A stretch of DNA of 64,000 nucleotides from a virus. A model generated the notes under the pieces. It had not been told where the DNA came from. It made no database searches and saw only the letters and a list, made by a program, of their open reading frames with translations. A program made the translations under genes and the position numbers. Positions 28,052-37,017 of the stretch are shown piece after piece; position 1 is the stretch's first letter, and each line of letters opens with the position of its first letter. The stretch is from the IMG/VR virus record IMGVR_UViG_3300031537_000001, positions 1 through 64,000 of that record; one strand, given 5' to 3'.

Positions 28052-28486
28052 ATGAAAACAATAATGATTATATTTTTATTAATATTTTCTATATGTACTA
28101 AGGGACAGGTTAAGTTTGAAAGTGAATTTAATGTAGGTTGGACTGACTGGTCTAAATCTATCTATACTTCTTCTAAACAATTTAGAGTTCATTCTTCTGA
28201 TTCAACTATTTCTTTATTTACAGAAATTAATTTAAAGATTGGATGGAAAAGTTTTGAATTTAGAACAAGTGTAGTGAATTGGATGGATAATACGGATATA
28301 ATTAATTTATCTCCTGTATCTATTGAATATACTTTAGGGGTATATTACTCTTATAAATTTTTAAATATTGGTATAGAACATTCCTGTACACATCCTGTTA
28401 CTAATGGATGGACAGCGTCTTTTACTAATAGCTATAGGGCTAGTTATGAAAGAGTCTATATGGGTATTAAATTTGGAAATTATTAA
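28052..28486 (+). CDS. Secreted small beta-barrel-like (outer-membrane) protein
   Basis: Signal peptide ending KG-Q; alternating aromatic beta strands; C-terminal YMGIKF. Confidence 0.55.
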   Translation: MKTIMIIFLLIFSICTKGQVKFESEFNVGWTDWSKSIYTSSKQFRVHSSDSTISLFTEINLKIGWKSFEFRTSVVNWMDNTDIINLSPVSIEYTLGVYYSYKFLNIGIEHSCTHPVTNGWTASFTNSYRASYERVYMGIKFGNY

Positions 28487-28509
28487 TTAAAAATGCTGGA
28501 GGTAAAACA

Positions 28510-29007
28510 ATGAAAGCTAATGAAGAAGAAGAACAGGTAACTGAGGTTCCTGTTAAAAAACAAAAAGTGTATCCATTTACACATGGAGCAATTTTAAAAT
28601 ATGGTGTATTAGTTTGTATAGCTAATATTAAAACCGGTGAAGTTTTAAGAATAAGACAGTCAATGGCTGATGAATTTGTACAGAAAAAAGATACAAACTG
28701 GGCTTATACTACAAAACAAATTTACAAACAATATATTAATTCTTTAAGACCTGGAAGTAATATTCCGGCTTCTAAATTTATAGCAGATTTTGAAAATACT
28801 AAAGGAGAAAAGAAAACTCAAATTATTAATGTTTGTATTGGGCATATTTCTCATAGGATAAATAAACGAAGAAGTTCTGATAATAAAAAAGGAAAATATT
28901 ATTTTCAGACTATTCCTGCTAATACTACTATTCAAGTAGATAAAGATGGAAATGAGACTGAAGTTTTCCATGAAGCCAGAGTTATTAAACATTTAAAAGC
29001 TAAATAA
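28510..29007 (+). CDS. Hypothetical protein
   Basis: 165-aa ORF. Confidence 0.6.
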   Translation: MKANEEEEQVTEVPVKKQKVYPFTHGAILKYGVLVCIANIKTGEVLRIRQSMADEFVQKKDTNWAYTTKQIYKQYINSLRPGSNIPASKFIADFENTKGEKKTQIINVCIGHISHRINKRRSSDNKKGKYYFQTIPANTTIQVDKDGNETEVFHEARVIKHLKAK

Positions 29008-29009
29008 TT

Positions 29010-29831
29010 ATGAAAAACTATAATGTAATTGGACAAGATCAGTTAATTTCTGAAGTAAAAAGGATATTTGATATTTTCAAAAGTTCAGATTGTGCAATTA
29101 GGCCCCATTTCATTTTAACAGGAGCTTCTGGTACAGGGAAATCTTTTACTATTAGGAATATGACTGTGAGCTATGATCTGAATTTTATTGAAATTAATGC
29201 TGCCCAATTGACAAAAGAAGGCACTTCAGGTAATAGTCTTGCAAAAGCTTTATCTGGACTACTTCAAATTAGCAATAAACCTACTATAGTATTTGTCGAT
29301 GAATTTGATAAATTATTCGTAGTAGGTAATGTTAATAGTGATATTGCGGATGAACATACTACAGCAGTTCAAAATGAATTTTTGAAAATTCTTGAATCTC
29401 CGTATACTTCTATATTTGGGGACTATGGTAAGTATATTAATGTACCAGTATCAAATACATTGTTTATATTTTCAGGAGCCTTTAATGGAGAGGAAGATTT
29501 AACTTTAGATAGGCTAAGAGAGTTGGGTATGAAAACTGAATTCTTAGGAAGAGTAGGTTTGATTTACAATACTAAGCCTTTAGCTTTAGAAGATTTATTT
29601 TCTATTTTGGAAAATTCAGAATTACTTACAAATTATTTGCAATTATTTGAAGATTCTGACCGTGAACAGGTGATTTATAGCATTAAAGCTTATCTACAGA
29701 AAACTTACGAATTCAATACTCTTGGAGCCAGATTGATTAATACATTAATCCATCAATATTTTATCAAAGGTGGTAAATTAACTAAAGAAGAGGTTAAATC
29801 AATATCTTTTCAGAAAAAATTAAAGTTGTAA
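29010..29831 (+). CDS. ClpX-like AAA+ ATPase (truncated)
   Basis: GASGTGKS, INAAQLTKEG, IVFVDEFDK, VQNEFLKILE, NTLFIFSGAF, GMKTEFLGR and LGARL follow the ClpX motif order. Confidence 0.8.
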   Translation: MKNYNVIGQDQLISEVKRIFDIFKSSDCAIRPHFILTGASGTGKSFTIRNMTVSYDLNFIEINAAQLTKEGTSGNSLAKALSGLLQISNKPTIVFVDEFDKLFVVGNVNSDIADEHTTAVQNEFLKILESPYTSIFGDYGKYINVPVSNTLFIFSGAFNGEEDLTLDRLRELGMKTEFLGRVGLIYNTKPLALEDLFSILENSELLTNYLQLFEDSDREQVIYSIKAYLQKTYEFNTLGARLINTLIHQYFIKGGKLTKEEVKSISFQKKLKL

Positions 29832-29833
29832 TC

Positions 29834-30103
29834 ATGGGAAAATTCAAAGAAAAATCAATTGATGAAATGAATAAACCCTTAAAAAAAGGTGAATTTATTG
29901 TTAAAGTTCAACAATCTTTAGCTACAAATGGTGAATCATCCCAGATGTTGATATACAATGAAGATAAATCTATACTGTTTGAAGATGATTTAGACGAATC
30001 TGTAAAGATTATTTTAAAAGGTTGTCATAAAGCTTACTTTAAAGCTCGATTAAACGAAGGTATGATTAAAATAGGGGAAGAAATTCCTAATCAATCCTGG
30101 TAA
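29834..30103 (+). CDS. Hypothetical protein
   Basis: 89 aa (FIVKVQ...LIYNEDKS..KAYFKA). Confidence 0.6.
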   Translation: MGKFKEKSIDEMNKPLKKGEFIVKVQQSLATNGESSQMLIYNEDKSILFEDDLDESVKIILKGCHKAYFKARLNEGMIKIGEEIPNQSW

Positions 30104-30240
30104 TTTTTAAAGCATCAAGACATTTTTATTAGTAATTATTATTGTTTATACGTCAAAACATGGTATGTTGCTAGAATACGGTTTTGTTTATATTAGATTC
30201 TATGTCTTGGTGCTTTTATTTTATTTTTAATATTATAGTT

Positions 30241-30417
30241 ATGGAAAATGGATATAGAGAATATGAAGTAGGAATGTCATGGGATAGTTATGAAGGTAGT
30301 TTATTCCGAGAGACAAGAACCACATGGCCTTATGCTGCTTCAAGAGAAGAAGCCGAACAACGAGCTATTTCACAGTTTGGTAACAATAAAGGGTTTAGAA
30401 TTGAATATATAAATTAA
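30241..30417 (+). CDS. Hypothetical protein
   Basis: ATG at 30241 just after a structured RNA. Confidence 0.55.
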   Translation: MENGYREYEVGMSWDSYEGSLFRETRTTWPYAASREEAEQRAISQFGNNKGFRIEYIN

Positions 30418-30422
30418 CTATT

Positions 30423-30626
30423 ATGGGAAATCCTTGGGAAGAATTTGAAACTTCTACAGAAGCTGATGTTGATGCTGTAGAATACATGTATCAAGATTTT
30501 TTATTAAGTTCACCAGATGAACTTTTAAATGAACAGGAATTGAGTGATAAAAAATCTTTACAGGAATCAATTAACAAAATAAAAATTGAAGACATTATAC
30601 CGGGAGAAGATTTACTTCCGTTTTAA
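30423..30626 (+). CDS. Small acidic protein ending DLLPF
   Basis: 67 aa, very acidic. Confidence 0.55.
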   Translation: MGNPWEEFETSTEADVDAVEYMYQDFLLSSPDELLNEQELSDKKSLQESINKIKIEDIIPGEDLLPF

Positions 30627-30759
30627 AGACTTTGTATTTTAGTTGGTTAATTCCCTGACTCTTAGTAGCTTACTTATTGTGTTGTAAGGGGGTGATTGAA
30701 AAAGTTGGTAAGCCAGCCTAAGAGTCAGGTTTTTATTTTAATTTTGTATTTTATATTTT

Positions 30760-30808
30760 AGCAGAGAAACAGTATTATTCGTATATTGTTTTTCTGCTCT
30801 TTTTTTTT
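30760..30808 (+). terminator. Terminator-like hairpin before the replication module
   Basis: AGCAGAGAAACAGTAT/ATATTGTTTTTCTGCT plus T-tract. Confidence 0.6.
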
Positions 30809-30828
30809 ATTAATTAATTGAAAATTTT

Positions 30829-31452
30829 ATGAACTTAGAAGCATTAAAAAATGTAAAACTAGCTGAAGTAGAAGAAGTTAAAGGTAGTTCTAAAATTAGT
30901 ATTAAAACACCTGAAAAAGGTGATATACTAATTACGAATACTGGTAAAATCTTTTACTCGGAGAAGTTAGAAAAATTAGTAGGAACAGGTGGAATTGATT
31001 TTACCGATTCAAGAAACTGGCTAATGTATAAAAAATTAGGAAATGATCTTCCTGAAGTCATTTTCTTCAGTACAGTAAAAGATCCATCTAATCCAAAATT
31101 AGGAGCTAAAACAGATGTTAAGAAACAATCTACAAATGCTCCTATAGTATTTGTTAAAAGAGATTTAATTCCTTTACTTATCGAAATGTATAAAGTAGAT
31201 AAAGATTTTCATTATGTAGAATTACAAATTGAATGGGATTATCCTTTAACAAATGCTTCCGGTATTTATAGTTTACCTAAAACTGTTAGTAGTGGTGATC
31301 AAAAAGGTGAAGTTAAATATGTCCGCAGAGAATCTACAACCTTTTATCCAATTAGTATTATACACAATGATACTACTACTGATGTTGAAGAAACTATAAA
31401 TATTGAGAATACTGAAGATGAAAACATTGAACAGATTTTAGATAATGAGTAA
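30829..31452 (+). CDS. Hypothetical protein upstream of PolA (acidic tail)
   Basis: 207 aa, overlaps the polymerase start. Confidence 0.6.
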   Translation: MNLEALKNVKLAEVEEVKGSSKISIKTPEKGDILITNTGKIFYSEKLEKLVGTGGIDFTDSRNWLMYKKLGNDLPEVIFFSTVKDPSNPKLGAKTDVKKQSTNAPIVFVKRDLIPLLIEMYKVDKDFHYVELQIEWDYPLTNASGIYSLPKTVSSGDQKGEVKYVRRESTTFYPISIIHNDTTTDVEETINIENTEDENIEQILDNE

Positions 31453-33745
31453 ACTCAATTATATAGGATCTACGAGCTATACTACAAAGTATAGCTTTTG
31501 TTCTTCTTTTGAAGAGTTTCTTATATGGTTTTCTGAGCAACAAATATTAGGTTTGGATGTTGAAACTACTACTCATAAATCTATATTAGAAAGAGAATTA
31601 AGATCTGTACAGTTTACTGACCAGTTTGAAAATATTACCTGGGTTATCCAATGGTCATCTTTATCTTCAGACCAAAAATCTAAATTATTAAATCTTCTAC
31701 AAACTACCAGTGCATTATTAATAACCGTTACTACTTTTGAATATGTTTTATTTCGCAAGTATGGTGTAAGACTTAGAAATATTTGGGATGCATTTGCAGT
31801 AGAAAAGTTACTATATGCAGGTAAAACTTCTGAAAAAGGATTTTTTAGTCTTGCCGGTATTTATAAAAGAAGGTTTGATATTGATATGAGTAAGGCTCTT
31901 CAATTATCTTTTGATGATGATATATTTACTGATGAGAAGATTGCTTATGCAGCATTGGATACTTTAAAATTAGCTGAGATAAGAAGACTTCAGATTGAAG
32001 AAGCTAAAGCTCATGATAAAAGTGTTGGATTTAAGTCTCGAAAAGGACTAATAAAAACAATCTGGTGGGAAAATGAATTTTCTAAAGTATTAGGAGATAT
32101 TGAATTTGATGGAATACAGTTTGATCAAAATATATGGAGAAAGAATTATGATTTGGCATTACCAGTTCTTCAACAGAAAGAGAGGGAACTTAATAATATT
32201 GTCCTAAATAATTTTTCCTTACAAAGTTTAATTGAGAATAACTTTTATGTTCCTGAAGATAGATTTGATAGAATTTGGACTAGTTCAGCAAAAAAGAAAT
32301 TGGTATTATCCTGGATATTTCCAGATATAAAAGAAACTTCTAAAGAAGGATTAAAAAAGTATTTACAAGCACATGATCCAGATTTTCCTGAAGGGTTAAA
32401 GATTACAGGAAAAACCTGGGAATCTAGTGAGTATTATAACAATTTGGATATTTTATCCGATTTTTCTATACTTAAACTTATTATAAAGAATGGAACTAAA
32501 GAAGACTTTTCTCCTTTACTTGATACATTAATTGAGAATAATTTTAGGGATAAATTAATCGAAAATAATTTATTAATTCCTAAAGATACTGTTACAATAA
32601 ATTGGAATAGTTCTGATCAGAAATTAACTATATTTAAATGGATAAATGCAAGTATAGAATCTACCAATAAAGAAACTGTTACAGCTAATCTACTTATGCA
32701 TGAATTATTTCCTAAGTATCAGGAATATTCTGATATAATTAATCTTGTAACTACATTTGGAATTAAATTTCTCGAACATGTTGATAGTGATGGTAGAATA
32801 AGAACCAGTTTTAATTCAGTATTGGCTACTGGTAGATTATCTACTCGTGCGCCAAGTTTATTGAACATTCCAAAGATGCAAATTTATAGGGATGCTTTTA
32901 TAGCTACTCCGGGATATAATTTTGTTGGAGCTGACTATAGTGCCGAAGAATTAGTCATTATTGCATTAATGTCTGGTGAAACTACCTGGTTAGATGCTTT
33001 AAAACAAGGTTACGATATCCATAGTTCAAATAGTGTTTTAATATTTAAAGATAAATGGACTAAAGCTGCTGAAGAAGATTGTGATTTTGTTAAATCAAAA
33101 CAGAAATGCAAATGCAAACTTCATAAAGAGTATAGAGATAAAGAAAAGACTATTGCATTTGGATTATCTTATGGATTAACTGCTTTTGGAGCAGCTCCTA
33201 AACTAAATTGTTCTAAGACTGAGGCTCAGGTTTTGATAGATGAATTTTTTAAAGCTTTTCCACATATTAAAATTAGGTTAGAGGAGTTTGCAGACTATGG
33301 TGTTAAACATGGACTTATTTTGGAACCGGTTTTAGGTAGACCACGATTTTATGATGATTGGAAGATGGCAATTATAGGTAAACTTAGCTATAAACAAATG
33401 AATGAATATGTTAAGATGTCTTATAGTGAGCAAAAAGAAGCTGAACAACAGAAAAGTTCTATAATGAAAGAAAGTATGAATCATCCTATTCAAGGAGCCG
33501 GGGCAAGTTTATTAAAGATTTCCGGTGTTTTACTTAGAAGGTTCATTCTTAATAACTCTTATCAGGAAAAGATTCGATTATTGCTTCCTATTCACGATGA
33601 ATGGGCCACTGAATCCATTAAAGAATTATCTGTAATGTGGGCAAAAAAGCTTAAATATTATATGGAACTTACAGGAAAACTCGGATTAAAATCTGATTTA
33701 CTGAAAGCTCAACCATATATTGATAGTAAATGGACTAAAGATTAA
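31445..33745 (+). CDS. polA: Family A DNA polymerase with 3'-5' exonuclease
   Basis: LDVET (ExoI), YAALD (ExoIII), TGRLS, ADYSAEEL (motif A), RDKEKTIAFGLSYG (motif B), IHDE (motif C). Confidence 0.95.
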   Translation: MSKLNYIGSTSYTTKYSFCSSFEEFLIWFSEQQILGLDVETTTHKSILERELRSVQFTDQFENITWVIQWSSLSSDQKSKLLNLLQTTSALLITVTTFEYVLFRKYGVRLRNIWDAFAVEKLLYAGKTSEKGFFSLAGIYKRRFDIDMSKALQLSFDDDIFTDEKIAYAALDTLKLAEIRRLQIEEAKAHDKSVGFKSRKGLIKTIWWENEFSKVLGDIEFDGIQFDQNIWRKNYDLALPVLQQKERELNNIVLNNFSLQSLIENNFYVPEDRFDRIWTSSAKKKLVLSWIFPDIKETSKEGLKKYLQAHDPDFPEGLKITGKTWESSEYYNNLDILSDFSILKLIIKNGTKEDFSPLLDTLIENNFRDKLIENNLLIPKDTVTINWNSSDQKLTIFKWINASIESTNKETVTANLLMHELFPKYQEYSDIINLVTTFGIKFLEHVDSDGRIRTSFNSVLATGRLSTRAPSLLNIPKMQIYRDAFIATPGYNFVGADYSAEELVIIALMSGETTWLDALKQGYDIHSSNSVLIFKDKWTKAAEEDCDFVKSKQKCKCKLHKEYRDKEKTIAFGLSYGLTAFGAAPKLNCSKTEAQVLIDEFFKAFPHIKIRLEEFADYGVKHGLILEPVLGRPRFYDDWKMAIIGKLSYKQMNEYVKMSYSEQKEAEQQKSSIMKESMNHPIQGAGASLLKISGVLLRRFILNNSYQEKIRLLLPIHDEWATESIKELSVMWAKKLKYYMELTGKLGLKSDLLKAQPYIDSKWTKD

Positions 33746-33767
33746 GAATACTTTAAATTTACATATT

Positions 33768-34397
33768 ATGGATAATGAAGGAGAAAGATATACACATCCT
33801 TCCTACGGACAGATAAGATTTTCTAGGATACAAGGACATGCTAGGTTCTATGGTAGCGAATTAGAGCAAGATCACTATATTATGATGGAGTTACATCAAT
33901 CAGATACTGATAGAGATTTAACACAGGACAGGTATCATTCACTAAATAAAGTAATTTCAGTTCGTATGACAGCAGGACAATTTTCAGAGCTTATTACTTC
34001 TATGAATCAGGAAGGTATACCTTGTACTATTGAATATCTTCAAGGTAATGTTCAAAAACTTCCACCTATAGAAAATAGAAAGGAATTTGTCCGTAGAAAA
34101 TTTGAAGAACGTATGAAGGAGTTTGCTAGTAAAATAAAAGCAAACCAACAAAAAGCTGTAGAAATAATTAAAAAGAAAACCTTATCCAAACAAGATATAC
34201 ATGATTTATCTTGGCACATAGAGTGGTTAACACAAGAAATTTCTAGTAATATTCCATTCTTTGCTAAATGTTTTCAGGAAAATATGGATGAGGTTGTATT
34301 TGAAGCAAAACTTGAAATTGAAAATGCTATACAACATAAAATTAATGTATTAGGTATTCAAGAATTACGTAAACAAAATAAAATTTTAAAGGAATAA
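33768..34397 (+). CDS. Conserved hypothetical phage protein
   Basis: HPSYGQIRFSR...GIPCTI; coiled-coil C-terminus. Confidence 0.65.
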   Translation: MDNEGERYTHPSYGQIRFSRIQGHARFYGSELEQDHYIMMELHQSDTDRDLTQDRYHSLNKVISVRMTAGQFSELITSMNQEGIPCTIEYLQGNVQKLPPIENRKEFVRRKFEERMKEFASKIKANQQKAVEIIKKKTLSKQDIHDLSWHIEWLTQEISSNIPFFAKCFQENMDEVVFEAKLEIENAIQHKINVLGIQELRKQNKILKE

Positions 34398-34549
34398 TGA
34401 TATGAATGAAGAAAAACGATTACTATGTATAGAATTATTAAATTGGTTACTTGATAATGAGATAGTATGGGCTAACTGGTCTAAAGGTAAAATAAGCTCT
34501 GAAGATGTCTGCAATCTATTTTTAAAATCTGAATATAATGGTTAGTAGT

Positions 34550-34960
34550 ATGAAAAACTTAAAAGAATTTAAAGAGTTGATTAAAAACTATCGCTCTATA
34601 ACTATGGAAGAATTGATACAAGAAAAGTTAAACCTTCCTAATCGATATAGTGCAGAAGATTTAGAGGATGAAGAAGACTATCCAGCTTTAATAATTTCCA
34701 ATCTTACAGGATATGGTAGTACAGGAACTTGTTCTTTATGTTTTGTAAAAGATCATTATAATTTTGATTTTCCTTGTAAAGACTGTGTTTGGTTTGATTC
34801 AGAATTCACAATGAACCCGTGTATAAATCATAATACCTTTCTTAATATAGATGAAGCAAAGAGTCTTGAGGATTTATTTAAAGCCGTAAAAGCCAGAGCT
34901 GATTATATGGAAGAATGGTTATTAAAGAAAGGGATTAAGTTGAATGACGAAGAAGGATAA
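34550..34960 (+). CDS. Cys-rich hypothetical protein
   Basis: LTGYG..CSLC...CKDC. Confidence 0.55.
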   Translation: MKNLKEFKELIKNYRSITMEELIQEKLNLPNRYSAEDLEDEEDYPALIISNLTGYGSTGTCSLCFVKDHYNFDFPCKDCVWFDSEFTMNPCINHNTFLNIDEAKSLEDLFKAVKARADYMEEWLLKKGIKLNDEEG

Positions 34961-36206
34961 AAAACAAAAAGAGCTTGGTGATATTATTTATAATAAAGCT
35001 AAGAAAGATTCTTTTATACATAATTCAGCAGTTATTGGAACTGGAGTAGGTAAATCTAAAATCATAATTGATTTGATTGAACCTTTACAAGAAATATTAA
35101 AGTTTAAAAAGATTCTAATAACTGTTGACAATAATAGATTAAAGGATTTTAACTGGAAAGAAGAATTCGAATGCTGGGATAAACTGGATTTGTTTGAAAA
35201 ATATATCGAAATAAATACATATCAAACGGTTTATAAATGGAGTAAAAACTTAGATGATTATTTAATCATAGCTGATGAAGCTGATTTTGCTCTAACTCCA
35301 GAGTATAGTAAATTCTTTAAGACGTATAGCAAGGTTAATATGATTGCTATGACAGGATTTGTTAATGAATCTAAACGACCAATACTTGAAGAATTCTTTC
35401 CTTGTATTGTCGAATATACTCAGGAACAAGCTCAGAAGGATGGTTTAGTAAATCATACTCCTATTATCTTTATTAAGTTTGATCTTGGTAAAGATAAGAA
35501 TATAAAGGTATTATATGCCAAAGGAACTAAGTCTTTTGTCCAAAGTGAAAATCATGCCTATAATTATTGGGATTCTCAGGTTAGGATTTTATCTGGTAAA
35601 ATAGCTCAGGAAGAATCAAAGGCAATGATTACAAGTAATTATAAAGAAGTAGCCAGGGTTAAAGCTATGTTACAGGTATCAGCTAATAAAAGAGCTGAAA
35701 TCTTACTTAATTCCTCCACTTCTATTGATATTTGTAAACGTGCTTTAGACCAATTACATTCACAAGATCCTGATGGGAAGATTGTAATCTTTTCTAAGCG
35801 AACTACACAAGTTGATAAAATAACTCCACATACTTATCATGGAAATAATCCTGATTTGGTTAATAACAAGAATTTTAAGGAATTCAATAAAGGTATTATT
35901 AAGGAGTTAGGTCTTGTGGATAAAATTAATCGCGGAGTGAATATGGATAATCTTAAATATGCAATATTTGAATCTTATTTTAGTAGTGATACCAAGATGA
36001 GACAAAGATTAGGTAGAATGATGAGATTGGATCCAGATGATTTAGCTTATATTTTTGTTTTACTTCCATACTTTATGCGTAGGACAAAAAAAGGATTTAT
36101 TCAAGCTCCTACTGCTGCTGTTAAATGGGCTAATACTATGTTAGGTGGTTGGGATCTTACTACTTCTAAGACTTTAGATTGGAGACAAATAAAATCAGAT
36201 TTATGA
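34944..36206 (+). CDS. Superfamily 2 helicase
   Basis: GTGVGKS, IIADEAD, MTG, RGVN, QRLGRMMR. Confidence 0.88.
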   Translation: MTKKDKKQKELGDIIYNKAKKDSFIHNSAVIGTGVGKSKIIIDLIEPLQEILKFKKILITVDNNRLKDFNWKEEFECWDKLDLFEKYIEINTYQTVYKWSKNLDDYLIIADEADFALTPEYSKFFKTYSKVNMIAMTGFVNESKRPILEEFFPCIVEYTQEQAQKDGLVNHTPIIFIKFDLGKDKNIKVLYAKGTKSFVQSENHAYNYWDSQVRILSGKIAQEESKAMITSNYKEVARVKAMLQVSANKRAEILLNSSTSIDICKRALDQLHSQDPDGKIVIFSKRTTQVDKITPHTYHGNNPDLVNNKNFKEFNKGIIKELGLVDKINRGVNMDNLKYAIFESYFSSDTKMRQRLGRMMRLDPDDLAYIFVLLPYFMRRTKKGFIQAPTAAVKWANTMLGGWDLTTSKTLDWRQIKSDL

Positions 36207-36583
36207 TGACAAATGATGAAAAAAAAACTAAAATTGAAGAATTATTATCACTTCAAGATGTATTTCGGGTAAAAGATGTATTAAATGTAAATCATAAACC
36301 TCATCCTTATATAGTAGGACCTAAACATATAACTTATGCCAGTGATAATTATGGTGGTATATTAGATGAAAGAACTTTAAATAAAGTAAAGTGTGATTAT
36401 AAAGGCTGTAACTTATCTTATGAGGAACATACAAGTGATTTAGTTTGTTTTTTACAGTTAAAAAAAAATGCTACTAATGATGAAGTTAAATTTATTTTAA
36501 AAGAATTAGTTGATAATGTTGGTGAAACATTTATTGATGGATTTGGTTTTGTAGATACAGATGAAAAATTTAGAATAGAATGA
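36203..36583 (+). CDS. Hypothetical protein
   Basis: About 126 aa, translationally coupled. Confidence 0.55.
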   Translation: MMTNDEKKTKIEELLSLQDVFRVKDVLNVNHKPHPYIVGPKHITYASDNYGGILDERTLNKVKCDYKGCNLSYEEHTSDLVCFLQLKKNATNDEVKFILKELVDNVGETFIDGFGFVDTDEKFRIE

Positions 36584-37017
36584 CAAAAGATGAGATTTTG
36601 AAAGAGTTAATAAAAAGAAGAGTCATTACAAGAGTTGGAGAAAATTATTCATTTATAAATCCTAAGAAATTAGTATGTAATTGTAAGAATTTACCTGATA
36701 GATATTTAGGTATTTCTGGTACTCAGGCATTAAAGTTATTTTTTATTGATGCTGCAATACCTTCATTTTCAGGGGGTTCTATTAATTATGCACTCAGGAC
36801 TACTACAACAAAATCTATTGAAACTTTCATCAAAATTCTTGGTGATCCTTCAATAGATTTTTCTATCTTAGTAGACCGTACTAAAAAGTACTACAAAGAT
36901 AAAAGTACGGTAAAACCGGCTATGAGTAAGTATTTCATGGAAGGCTTATGGGAGACTGTTTACAATGATTATGAAAAAAGATCTGATGAAAGTCAGAGTA
37001 ATACATTTTTCTTATGA
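36580..37017 (+). CDS. Hypothetical protein upstream of the helicase (possible loader or initiator)
   Basis: Overlaps the DnaB-like gene start. Confidence 0.5.
   Translation: MTKDEILKELIKRRVITRVGENYSFINPKKLVCNCKNLPDRYLGISGTQALKLFFIDAAIPSFSGGSINYALRTTTTKSIETFIKILGDPSIDFSILVDRTKKYYKDKSTVKPAMSKYFMEGLWETVYNDYEKRSDESQSNTFFL

Noticed and set aside
19045-30729. CRISPR array or mini-array
   Set aside because: No regularly spaced direct repeats with spacer-length gaps
9232-33745. Inteins, group I introns or homing endonucleases in terL, MCP or polA
   Set aside because: Reading frames are continuous, with no intein splice motifs and no HNH or LAGLIDADG ORFs seen
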